64,000 nt of DNA, taken from Pseudomonadota bacterium. GTDB lineage: Bacteria > Pseudomonadota > Gammaproteobacteria > Burkholderiales > Burkholderiaceae_C. Where the stretch lies: NCBI GenBank assembly GCA_040388255.1, contig JAZKCE010000015.1, positions 14,068 through 78,067 of the forward strand, written 5' to 3'. Positions 56,231 through 64,000 of the stretch are shown one piece after another. The notes beneath the pieces were generated by a model, which saw nothing but the letters and a program-made list of their open reading frames with translations, ran no database searches and had not been told where the DNA came from. Within the stretch, counting starts at the first letter, position 1. Each line of letters opens with the position of its first letter. The position numbers and the translations under genes were made by a program.

Positions 56231-57334
56231 ATGTCTTTTGCCACCGAACCCACCTTCCAGCACGGGCAGGCGCCCAGGGCCACTTCCGGATCGGCCGTGC
56301 TGCTTTGCAACCTGGGTACACCCGATGCGCCCACCGCACCAGCGCTGCGCCGCTACCTGGCCCAATTCCTGAGCGACCATCGTGTGGTGGAGATTCCCCG
56401 GCTGCTCTGGTGGCTGATCCTGCACGGCATCATCCTGCGCATACGGCCGAAAAAATCCGCCGCCAAGTACGCCAGCATCTGGATGAAGGAAGGCTCGCCG
56501 CTCAAGGTCTGGACCGAAAAGCAGGCCACCATGCTGCGCGGCTACCTGGCCGTACGCGGCCACGCGGTGGAGGTGCGCTACGCCATGCGCTACGGCAACC
56601 CATCCATCGCCTCGCAGCTGGACCAGCTCAAGGCCGATGGCGTGACGCGCGTGCTGATCCTGCCCGCCTATCCGCAATACAGCGGCACCACCACGGCCAG
56701 CGTGTTTGATGCGGTCTACAGCTGGGCCGCCAGGGTGCGCCGCCTGCCGGAGTTCCGCTTCATCAACAACTACCACGATGCACCCGGTTATATAGACGCG
56801 CTGGCCGACAAAATCCGCGTGCACTGGCGCGCCAACGGCAAGGCCGAACAACTGATCATGAGCTTTCACGGCGTGCCCGAACGCACGCTGAAGCTGGGCG
56901 ACCCCTACCACTGCGAATGCCACAAAACCGCCCGGCTGCTGGCTGCCAGCCTGGGCCTGGAAAAAGACCGCTACAAGGTCACCTTCCAGTCACGTTTCGG
57001 CAAGGCCAAGTGGCTGGAGCCCTACACCGAACCCACGCTGGTCGGCATGGCGCAGTCCGGCATCAAAAGTGTTGACGTGGTCTGCCCTGGTTTTACCGGC
57101 GACTGCCTGGAAACGCTGGAAGAAATCAATATGGAAGCGCGCCACGCATTTCTTCAGGCCGGCGGCACGGCTTTCAATTACATCGAATGCCTGAACGACA
57201 GTCCGGTGTGGATGGCCGCGCTGGCGGAGTTCAGCGCGCAACACCTGGCCGGCTGGCCGACGCAGGCCGGCGCGGCGACGCAAGAGCTGGCCGCCATGCG
57301 GGCTGCAGCGCTGTCGCTTGGCGCAAAGCAATAG
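56231..57334 (+). CDS. hemH: ferrochelatase
   Basis: 367 aa with a typical HemH N-terminal region (VLLCNLGTPDAPTAPALRRYLAQFLSDHRVVEIP). Confidence 0.92.
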   Translation: MSFATEPTFQHGQAPRATSGSAVLLCNLGTPDAPTAPALRRYLAQFLSDHRVVEIPRLLWWLILHGIILRIRPKKSAAKYASIWMKEGSPLKVWTEKQATMLRGYLAVRGHAVEVRYAMRYGNPSIASQLDQLKADGVTRVLILPAYPQYSGTTTASVFDAVYSWAARVRRLPEFRFINNYHDAPGYIDALADKIRVHWRANGKAEQLIMSFHGVPERTLKLGDPYHCECHKTARLLAASLGLEKDRYKVTFQSRFGKAKWLEPYTEPTLVGMAQSGIKSVDVVCPGFTGDCLETLEEINMEARHAFLQAGGTAFNYIECLNDSPVWMAALAEFSAQHLAGWPTQAGAATQELAAMRAAALSLGAKQ

Positions 57335-57361
57335 GGACATGCAACACCCAGGGAGAATTCT

Positions 57362-57595
57362 TTGCCTGAACTGATACTCAGCCAGCTCAACGAAGGCGTC
57401 TACCGTGTGCTGGACGCGCAGGGCGGCCACGTCGGCAACCTGAAACTGATCAGGGGCTTGTGGAAGTTCAAGGCGATTGGCTACGCCCCCAACGGCGAAC
57501 TCATTCCCGGCGGCGGCCCGCTCACGGAGCGGCACAACACGTCCTTTGCGACGCCCGACGCGCAAGTGGTTTCGGCAACGCTGATGCAGGCTTGA
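57362..57595 (+). CDS. small hypothetical protein (77 aa, TTG start)
   Basis: GC-rich third positions. GGGAGA lies 5 nt upstream of TTG 57362, and the ORF starts 27 nt after the hemH stop. No recognisable motif. Confidence 0.45.
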   Translation: MPELILSQLNEGVYRVLDAQGGHVGNLKLIRGLWKFKAIGYAPNGELIPGGGPLTERHNTSFATPDAQVVSATLMQA

Positions 57596-57662
57596 ACCGC
57601 GTCACCCAGGCCAGCTTCAAGCATCAAATATAGCGCTAGCCCTTATGCCATGCACGCCAAAA

Positions 57663-57679
57663 GCTATCAATTTAATAGC
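57663..57679. repeat. family C motif (perfect GCTAT-N7-ATAGC)
   Basis: GCTATCAATTTAATAGC preceded by TAGCGCTAGCCCTTATGCC... Confidence 0.55.
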
Positions 57680-57688
57680 AATTAGAGC

Positions 57689-58555
57689 TTAACCCGCAGC
57701 ATCAATAAACGCCGCCACCCGCTCCAGCTGGTCCGGCACATTCAGCGCTGGTGCATGGCCGCAGTCTTCAATCTCCACCACCTGCGCCAGGCCGCAGGCA
57801 CCCGGCCCGCGGCGCATCATGGCGCTGGTCGTCTCGCGCAGCACCAGGTCAGACTCGGCACCGCGCAAGCACAGCACCGGCACCCGGATCTCGTCATAGT
57901 GGTCCCAGATCAGGTAGTCGTTGGGGTGGCTGATGAACTGCTGCACCATGGCCGGATCGTAATGCGGCGTGACGCGGCCATCGGGCAAACGGCGTGTGGA
58001 GGTTTCCGTCAGGCGCCGCCACTGCGCATCGCTCAACCAGCCATAAGGCTTGTAGACCATGCGAAAAAAGGCTTCAAGCTCCGCCACGGTGGCGAATGTC
58101 GGCGGGCTGCCCGCGTAGGCCCGGATGCGGCTTATGGCCTCGTCGGCCAGCTGCGGGGCGTTGTCGTTCAGGGTCAGACTCACAATGCGCTGTTTCATGC
58201 CGGGCTGGAACAGGCCTGACGCGCAGACAGTGCCGATCGCACCGCCCATAGAGGTACCCACCCAATGCGCCTTTTCAATTTTGAGATGCTCAAACAGCGC
58301 CGCCGCAATGCGTGCATAAAACCGCAGGCAGTACTCGTGCGTGGGCCGCGGGCTCCACTGGCTCAGGCCGCGCCCTATGGTGTCCGGGCAGATCACGCGG
58401 TAACGGGTGCTCAGATGCGCGGCAAGCTCGTCCATGTCGCGCCCGGTACGCGCCAGCCCGTGCCATGCGATGACAACACGCTCATGCTGCGCGCCCCACT
58501 CGGTGTAGTGGATCTCGCGTCCTGCGCAGTTCAGATAGTGCGACGTGAAGGGCAT
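57689..58555 (-). CDS. alpha/beta-fold hydrolase
   Basis: Nucleophile elbow GTSMGG and C-terminal His in DCGHAP. Confidence 0.8.
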   Translation of the reverse strand: MPFTSHYLNCAGREIHYTEWGAQHERVVIAWHGLARTGRDMDELAAHLSTRYRVICPDTIGRGLSQWSPRPTHEYCLRFYARIAAALFEHLKIEKAHWVGTSMGGAIGTVCASGLFQPGMKQRIVSLTLNDNAPQLADEAISRIRAYAGSPPTFATVAELEAFFRMVYKPYGWLSDAQWRRLTETSTRRLPDGRVTPHYDPAMVQQFISHPNDYLIWDHYDEIRVPVLCLRGAESDLVLRETTSAMMRRGPGACGLAQVVEIEDCGHAPALNVPDQLERVAAFIDAAG

Positions 58556-58608
58556 GGGCTGGATATCTTTATGAACAATGCGTGCGGCGCGTGCTGGTTG
58601 TGAGCGGC

Positions 58609-59748
58609 CTATTTCAGCAACTTGCCGGTGCTGCCGATCACGGTCACCTCGACATAACGCGAGCCGATGCGGTTGCTGGGCGAGTAGCCAATGGTGATGC
58701 CGCCGGTGTCATAACTGCCCACGGACTCCAGCGCCTTGAGCACCTTGGCCCGTGTCGGGTTAGGACCGGCGCGGCGCAGGGCCTCGACCAGCACCTTGGC
58801 ACCGACAAACTCTTCAAAGCTTGTGTAGTTGATGGACTCCTTGGGCGCGTATTTTTTCAGCAGGGCATGGTATTCGCGCACCACCGGCAGGTTGGCCATG
58901 TAGGGGTAAGGCACGACCTGGCTGATGCCCAGGCCGTGCGCGTTTTTCAGGCCGGCCAGCTTGACCAGCTCGGCCGGATCCACCACCGAGATGCTGTACA
59001 TCTGCGCGCCGCCGCCGCTCTCGCGGTAGAGCTTCATGAAAGCCGCGGTGGATTTGTTGACCGACACCATGATGATGGCCTGCGCATCCGACGCCTTGAT
59101 CTTTTTGACAGCCTCTTCCACCTTGTCGGTGTTGCGCTCATAGCCCGCCGCAACCGCCAGTGTCAGCTTGCGTTTTTCCAGCGCATTGGTCACGCCAAGC
59201 AAACCGGCCTTGCCAAAACCATCGTCCTGGTACATCACTGCAATACGTTTCATACCCAGCGTCGTCAGCTGCTGCACCATGTGCTCGGCCTCGTCGGCAT
59301 AACCGGCGCGCACATGGAAAATCCACGGATTGAAGGGGTTGCGCAGCGACTCGCCGCCGGTATAGGGCGCGACCAGCGCGGCACCGCCCGCATCCAGCAC
59401 GCCATCGGTCAGCAGCTGCGTGACGTTGGCCGTGCCGGCAAAACCAAACAGCGCCACCACCTCCGGCCTGGCCAGCATCTCGCGCGTCAGGCGAACCGTC
59501 TCGGCCACCTTGTAGCCGTCATCAACCACCTCATGCCGGATTTTTGCGCCGTGTATGCCGCCCTGCGCATTGATGGCGTCAAAATAGATTTGCCCGCCCA
59601 CCACCATCTGGTGCCCGGTGCTGGCCAGCACGCCGGACAAGGGCGCCACCTGCCCGATCACCAGTTCCGCCGCCGGGGCAAGCCCGGCCAACCCACACAG
59701 CGCCAGCGCTGCCGCCGTCTGTCGGCCCCATGTCCTGAATGTCCGCAT
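58609..59748 (-). CDS. HAAT-family ABC transporter substrate-binding protein (LivK-like)
   Basis: Signal peptide plus a type-I periplasmic binding fold. Last transporter gene of the liv-type operon. Confidence 0.8.
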   Translation of the reverse strand: MRTFRTWGRQTAAALALCGLAGLAPAAELVIGQVAPLSGVLASTGHQMVVGGQIYFDAINAQGGIHGAKIRHEVVDDGYKVAETVRLTREMLARPEVVALFGFAGTANVTQLLTDGVLDAGGAALVAPYTGGESLRNPFNPWIFHVRAGYADEAEHMVQQLTTLGMKRIAVMYQDDGFGKAGLLGVTNALEKRKLTLAVAAGYERNTDKVEEAVKKIKASDAQAIIMVSVNKSTAAFMKLYRESGGGAQMYSISVVDPAELVKLAGLKNAHGLGISQVVPYPYMANLPVVREYHALLKKYAPKESINYTSFEEFVGAKVLVEALRRAGPNPTRAKVLKALESVGSYDTGGITIGYSPSNRIGSRYVEVTVIGSTGKLLK

Positions 59749-59769
59749 GACTTGTCTCCTGTTTGGGGC

Positions 59770-60855
59770 TCAGGCCCCGTTTGTTTTCCGAACCCGAACG
59801 GCCCTGAACCGCCCCACTACGCCGGTGGGGAAGTAGTACACCGAAAGCACAAACAGGACGCCCAGCCAGAGCAGCCAGCGGTCGGGCGACAGCAAGGCGG
59901 CCAGCCAGGGCAAGGAAGACGCGAATTCGCTGCCCAGGCGCAGCAAATCCTGCAGGTAGCTTTGCGCCACCAGGAAAAGGGCCGAGCCGAGCGCGGCGCC
60001 GTAAATCGTGCCCATGCCGCCTATCACCACGATCAGCAGCACGTCCATCATGATTTCAAAGGACAGCGAGGTGTCCGGTCCGTTGTAGCGCAGCCAGAGC
60101 GCCAGCATGGCACCGGCCAGACAGGCAAACAGCGCCGACAAAATGCTGGACAGCGTACGGTAGACCACCACGCGATAGCCAATCGCCTCGGCCCTGAACT
60201 CGTTCTCACGTATCGCCTGCAGCACGCGCCCAAAAGGCGAGTTCACGATGCGCAGCATGGCCAGCAGCAGCACCACAGCCACCACAAACAAGAGGTAGTA
60301 ACACAGCAAGCGCCCGTCCAGCGTCACGCCCAGGAAGGGCTGGTCCGCAAACTCAAAGCTGGGCGATAGAACCTCGGGCACCTTGAAGGTCAGGCCGTCT
60401 TCACCGCCCGTGATGTCAGATAGCTGCGATGCCAGCGTTAAAAAGGCTGACGCCACCGCCAGCGTGATCATGGCGAAAAAGATGGCCCTGACGCGCAGCG
60501 AAAAAAGGCCCACCAGCAGCGCCAGCACAAAAGAAATGGCCAGCGACGACAGCAGCCCCACGGCCAGCGCCTGCCAGGTAGGCCCCATGCGTGTTGTGGC
60601 GATGGCAATGCCGTATGCCCCAATGCCGAAAAACATGGTGTGGGCAAAACTGACGATGCCGGTGTAACCCAGCAGCAAATCGAAACTGGCCACCAGCACG
60701 ATGAAGATCAACACCTTGGCGGCGACATTAAGCGCCTTGATGCCAGGAAAAATAAACGGCGCCGCGGCCAGTGCAACCAGCAGCAGCACCAGCATCACGG
60801 CCAGCACACGGCTGCGCGGAAAGTCATCGGAGAGGAGTCTTTTCAACATGATCAA
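59770..60855 (-). CDS. HAAT-family ABC transporter permease (LivM-type)
   Basis: 361-aa polytopic protein with GIVSFAHTMFFGIGAYG. Confidence 0.82.
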   Translation of the reverse strand: MIMLKRLLSDDFPRSRVLAVMLVLLLVALAAAPFIFPGIKALNVAAKVLIFIVLVASFDLLLGYTGIVSFAHTMFFGIGAYGIAIATTRMGPTWQALAVGLLSSLAISFVLALLVGLFSLRVRAIFFAMITLAVASAFLTLASQLSDITGGEDGLTFKVPEVLSPSFEFADQPFLGVTLDGRLLCYYLLFVVAVVLLLAMLRIVNSPFGRVLQAIRENEFRAEAIGYRVVVYRTLSSILSALFACLAGAMLALWLRYNGPDTSLSFEIMMDVLLIVVIGGMGTIYGAALGSALFLVAQSYLQDLLRLGSEFASSLPWLAALLSPDRWLLWLGVLFVLSVYYFPTGVVGRFRAVRVRKTNGA

Positions 60856-60858
60856 TTC

Positions 60859-61842
60859 CTACCGATTAGCCACAGGGTACACACCCTGCGGACGCCACAG
60901 CAAAATGGCCATCATCAGTGCGATGTTTGAAAACAGCGCCACCTTGGGCAGCAGGAAACCGGTGTAGTTCGCCATCAAGCCGACCAGCAAGGCACCTATC
61001 AGCGCACCGCCTGTGGAGCCAAGGCCGCCAATGATGATGACGATGAAGATCAGCACGTTGACCTGCGCGCCCATTTGCGGCGTGACACTCTGCTGGTACA
61101 AGCCCCACATCACACCGCCCAGGCCCGCCAGCGCGCTGCCGACCACAAACACCCCGACAAACAGGCGCTTGATGCGGTAGCCCAGCGACTCGACCATCTC
61201 GCGGTCCTGCACGCCCGCACGAATCAACAGACCGATCTTGGTGCGGCTCAAGGTCCAGGCCAGCAGCGCAAAAACAAACAGGCCGACCACCACGGCCAGC
61301 AGGCGGTATTTTTCAATCGCCGCATCGCCGAGCAGCATCGAGCCACGCAAGGCTTCGGGCAAGGGCAGAGGAATCTGCTGCGGGCCCCAGATGACCTTGA
61401 TGAGTTCTTCACCAATGATCATGCCGCCCATGGTGATCAGGATCTGCTTGAGGTGCTGGCCATAGACGGGCCGCACGATAAAGCGCTCAAACGCCAGACC
61501 CAGAGCGCCCGACACTGCCATCGCCACCAGCATGGCCGGGAACACCGCCACCAGGTTGCGCCACAAATCCTGCGAGCCGGTCCAGTCGCTCATCAGGCCA
61601 AGGACGGTCGTCGCGACAAATGCACCAAGTGCGATAAACACGCCATGGCCGAAGTTGAGCACGTCCATCAGGCCGAACACCAGCGTGAGGCCGGAGGCAA
61701 TGATAAAAATAATCATGCCCATGGCCAGCCCGGCCACCGTCAGCGTGATCCAGGTCGAAGTAGAACCAATGAAGGGCAGTACCAGCAGCGCCAATACAGG
61801 CACCAGCAGGAGGGGCTTCCAGTCAAAGTCAATCTGTTTCAT
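60859..61842 (-). CDS. HAAT-family ABC transporter permease (LivH-type)
   Basis: 327 aa with LTLVFGLMDVLNFGHGVF. Confidence 0.82.
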   Translation of the reverse strand: MKQIDFDWKPLLLVPVLALLVLPFIGSTSTWITLTVAGLAMGMIIFIIASGLTLVFGLMDVLNFGHGVFIALGAFVATTVLGLMSDWTGSQDLWRNLVAVFPAMLVAMAVSGALGLAFERFIVRPVYGQHLKQILITMGGMIIGEELIKVIWGPQQIPLPLPEALRGSMLLGDAAIEKYRLLAVVVGLFVFALLAWTLSRTKIGLLIRAGVQDREMVESLGYRIKRLFVGVFVVGSALAGLGGVMWGLYQQSVTPQMGAQVNVLIFIVIIIGGLGSTGGALIGALLVGLMANYTGFLLPKVALFSNIALMMAILLWRPQGVYPVANR

Positions 61843-62564
61843 ATCGCAAGTCCCAGCAATGACTTCTGCAAGTCTTCGTCTTCAGCCAGGTTTTTCATGG
61901 TGCCGGCATGCACTACCCGGCCGTTGTCCATCACCGCGACCTGGTCGCCCAGACGTTTTGCAAAATTGATGTTTTGCTCGACCAGCAAAATCGTGGTGCC
62001 GGTAGCCTTGAGCTGGGCAAAGGCATCGATCATGTTGTTGATGATGGCCGGCGCCAGGCCCTTGCTGGGCTCGTCGACGATGAGCAGTTCACGCGGCTCG
62101 ACAATGGCACGCGCGACTGCGAGCATCTGTTTTTGCCCGCCGGACAGTTTGCCCGCCGGGTGGTTCCAGAATTTCTCAATCGCAGGGAACAGCGAAAAAA
62201 TCCACTTCAGCCGCGCCTCGTCCATCTGACTGGCGCGGCTGGCCTTGCGCGCTGCGAGCAGCATGTTTTCCTTCACCGTCAGGTCGGAAAAGATGCCCAT
62301 GTTTTCGGGCACGTAAGCAATATTGAGCTCCGCGATCTGCGGCGTGTCGGACGCGGTGATGTCCTTGTTGTCAAACGTGACACGGCCTTTGGACGCCTGC
62401 CACAGGCCCATGATGGTTCGCAGCGTGGTGGTTTTGCCCGCGCCATTGCGGCCCAGCAGCATGGTGAGCTGGCCGCGCGCCACGACAAGGTCCACGCCAT
62501 GCAGGATGTGGTACGCGCCTATGTGGGTGTGAACGCCTTCCAGCGTCAACAGATTTGTACTCAT
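61839..62564 (-). CDS. HAAT-family ABC transporter ATP-binding protein (LivF-type)
   Basis: Walker A GRNGAGKTT and signature LSGGQKQMLAVAR. 4-nt overlaps on both sides. Confidence 0.85.
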   Translation of the reverse strand: MSTNLLTLEGVHTHIGAYHILHGVDLVVARGQLTMLLGRNGAGKTTTLRTIMGLWQASKGRVTFDNKDITASDTPQIAELNIAYVPENMGIFSDLTVKENMLLAARKASRASQMDEARLKWIFSLFPAIEKFWNHPAGKLSGGQKQMLAVARAIVEPRELLIVDEPSKGLAPAIINNMIDAFAQLKATGTTILLVEQNINFAKRLGDQVAVMDNGRVVHAGTMKNLAEDEDLQKSLLGLAI

Positions 62565-63337
62565 GCACCCTCCCCCTGAGATGCGGGCGCCACGCCCAGA
62601 TAAGCTTCCTGCACCACGGGTGAGGCAATCACTTCTGCAGGTTCACCATCGGCCACCAGCGTGCCGTTGTGCAGCACGATGATGCGGTCGGCCAGTTCAC
62701 GCACCACGTCCATCTTGTGCTCCACCAGCAAAATGGTTTTGCGTTTGTCGTTCTTGAGTTTGCGGATCAGGTTGAGGATGACAGGCGCTTCGTCGGCGCT
62801 CATGCCGGCGGTCGGCTCGTCAAACATGAACACATCCGGCTCCAGCGCCATGAGCAGCGCGACTTCGAGCTTGCGCTGGTCGCCATGCGGCAGGCTGGCG
62901 ACCGGCGTATGGCGTTTGTCAGCCATGCTGACGGCTTCCAGCACTTCTTCGGCAAGCTGCGTCAGCGCCTTGTGGTCGCTCCAGATGCTCCACAGGTTAA
63001 GCCCGCGCAGATGTTTGCCCGAGCGCGCCGCCTGCACGGCCAGGCGCACGTTCTCCAGCACCGACAGGTTGGGGAACAGGTTGGTCAGCTGGAAGGCCCG
63101 GCCCAGCCCGGCGCGCGTCCTGGCCGACGGGCTCATGCCTGCCAGGCTGCTGCCGTTGAGCAGCACCTCACCGCCCGTGGCCTTGATCTGGCCCGAGATG
63201 AGGTTGAAATACGTGGTTTTGCCCGCCCCATTCGGGCCAACAATGGCCGTCAGGGTGCCAGGCTGGAAAGTGCAGCTGACAGCATTCACCGCCACGTGCC
63301 CGCCGAAGCGGACCGTGAGATCTTTGGTTTGAAGCAT
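62561..63337 (-). CDS. HAAT-family ABC transporter ATP-binding protein (LivG-type)
   Basis: Walker A GPNGAGKTT and signature LPHGDQRKLEVA. Confidence 0.85.
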   Translation of the reverse strand: MLQTKDLTVRFGGHVAVNAVSCTFQPGTLTAIVGPNGAGKTTYFNLISGQIKATGGEVLLNGSSLAGMSPSARTRAGLGRAFQLTNLFPNLSVLENVRLAVQAARSGKHLRGLNLWSIWSDHKALTQLAEEVLEAVSMADKRHTPVASLPHGDQRKLEVALLMALEPDVFMFDEPTAGMSADEAPVILNLIRKLKNDKRKTILLVEHKMDVVRELADRIIVLHNGTLVADGEPAEVIASPVVQEAYLGVAPASQGEGA

Positions 63338-63367
63338 TTTTTTGGTTTGGCTTGCTGCCGACCCTGG

Positions 63368-63444
63368 CTGTCATCCCGGACCTGATCCGGGATCCATGCC
63401 CAATGGACGCGGGGATGGATTGCGGGTCAAGCCCGCAATGACAG
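63368..63444. repeat. structured intergenic element (family D): two 8-bp hairpins nested in CTGTCAT/ATGACAG
   Basis: ATCCCGGA-cctga-TCCGGGAT (63373..63393) and ATTGCGGG-tcaag-CCCGCAAT (63419..63439), flanked by the inverted heptamers CTGTCAT and ATGACAG. Confidence 0.7.
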
Positions 63445-63460
63445 CGGAAGCAGACGGCGC

Positions 63461-64000
63461 TTAACGCTTGTTGCGAATCGGGACGGTCATTTCGTCGGCC
63501 TTGATCTCGCGAACGAGTTCAGGCACACCCCAGGCAAAGGCCGGGTCCACCTTGATCTTGAAGTGGTACATGCTCTGCATGGCCTGGTGGTCTTCCTTGC
63601 GGAAGGTCATCTTGCCTTTTGGCGTGTCAAAGCTCATGCCTTCCATGGTCTTGATCAGTGTATTGGCGGAGGCATCGCCCTTGCTGTTTTTCAGCGCGGT
63701 GACCACAGCCATCGCTGCCGAGAAACCACCTGCCGTGAAGAAATCAGGCGGGGCCTTGAACTGCTTGTAATGCTGGGCCACCATGGCCTCGTTAACCGGG
63801 TTCTTCGGGATGCCGAAGTAGTAATAGGTTGCGCCTTCCATGCCGGGCAGGTTTTTGTAGCTGGCCATGGCCGGCAGAATGTTACCGCCGGTGGCGATCT
63901 CAATGCCGTAACGCTTGAGGTCCATGTCGGCAATCTTGAACGGGTTGCCGGCGCCGGCCCAGACGATCCAGATGATCTTGCGGCCCGGCTGGTCTTTCAG
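63461..64000 (-). CDS. HAAT-family substrate-binding protein, C-terminal part (gene runs off the window)
   Basis: The reading frame stays open upstream of Met 63925 to the window edge (..LKDQPGRKIIWIVWAGAGNPFKIADMDLKR..). LivK-like C-terminal lobe. Confidence 0.75.
   Translation of the reverse strand: MKDQPGRKIIWIVWAGAGNPFKIADMDLKRYGIEIATGGNILPAMASYKNLPGMEGATYYYFGIPKNPVNEAMVAQHYKQFKAPPDFFTAGGFSAAMAVVTALKNSKGDASANTLIKTMEGMSFDTPKGKMTFRKEDHQAMQSMYHFKIKVDPAFAWGVPELVREIKADEMTVPIRNKR

Noticed and set aside
58582-60369. 595-aa ORF antisense to the binding-protein and LivM-type permease genes
   Set aside because: It spans two real genes and their spacer on the opposite strand, and has Arg/Gly/His/Gln-rich composition. 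Shadow ORF.
1-64000. CRISPR arrays, restriction-modification, toxin-antitoxin, retron/DGR, transposase or other defence or mobile systems
   Set aside because: I found no regularly spaced direct repeats and no reverse transcriptase, nuclease-helicase, integrase or transposase-like ORF. All gaps above 100 bp are accounted for by promoters, terminators, tRNAs or the short repeat families described.

Overview
GC-rich, very gene-dense segment that reads as core chromosome of a betaproteobacterium. The Burkholderiales/Comamonadaceae-like assignment is inferred only from the translated proteins and the tig-clpP-clpX-lon synteny.

I call 58 protein-coding genes (one truncated at the right edge) and 4 tRNAs. 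In order:
- rmuC, a 2-hydroxyacid dehydrogenase, an ArsB/NhaD-type permease, pncB and an FKBP isomerase.
- A translationally coupled HDAC-like/thioesterase/nitroreductase/ABC-importer operon.
- Phasin, patatin, an orphan Fe3+ binding protein, an SDR, ggt, aapJQMP-like, lgt and LysR-ilvD.
- A small Trp-rich membrane protein, cytochrome c, acs, a UPF0114 protein, divergent fumC/fumA and murI.
- An AcrAB-OprM-type RND operon with a TetR regulator, then an acidic hypothetical protein.
- tRNA-Gly/Cys/Leu, lon-clpX-clpP-tig and tRNA-Leu.
- A second RND pair, hpnCDE (squalene synthesis), a HAD hydrolase, hemH and a small ORF.
- An alpha/beta hydrolase and a second liv-type ABC operon.

I see no integrase, transposase, CRISPR array, restriction or other defence gene, toxin-antitoxin pair or phage gene. 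No unannotated gap exceeds about 350 bp. I therefore cannot support a new multi-gene system here.

The signal not explained by ordinary annotation is mostly non-coding:
- Four families of structured intergenic repeats. One brackets single genes in inverted orientation. One sits beside a 26-nt duplication of the pncB start region that creates a decoy uORF.
- A tRNA-Leu with an unusually long variable arm.
- Terminator-like hairpins between the tRNAs.
- Several perfect dyads in divergent promoter regions.

All coordinates were read by hand from the sequence. Functional statements are family-level inferences without database searches.
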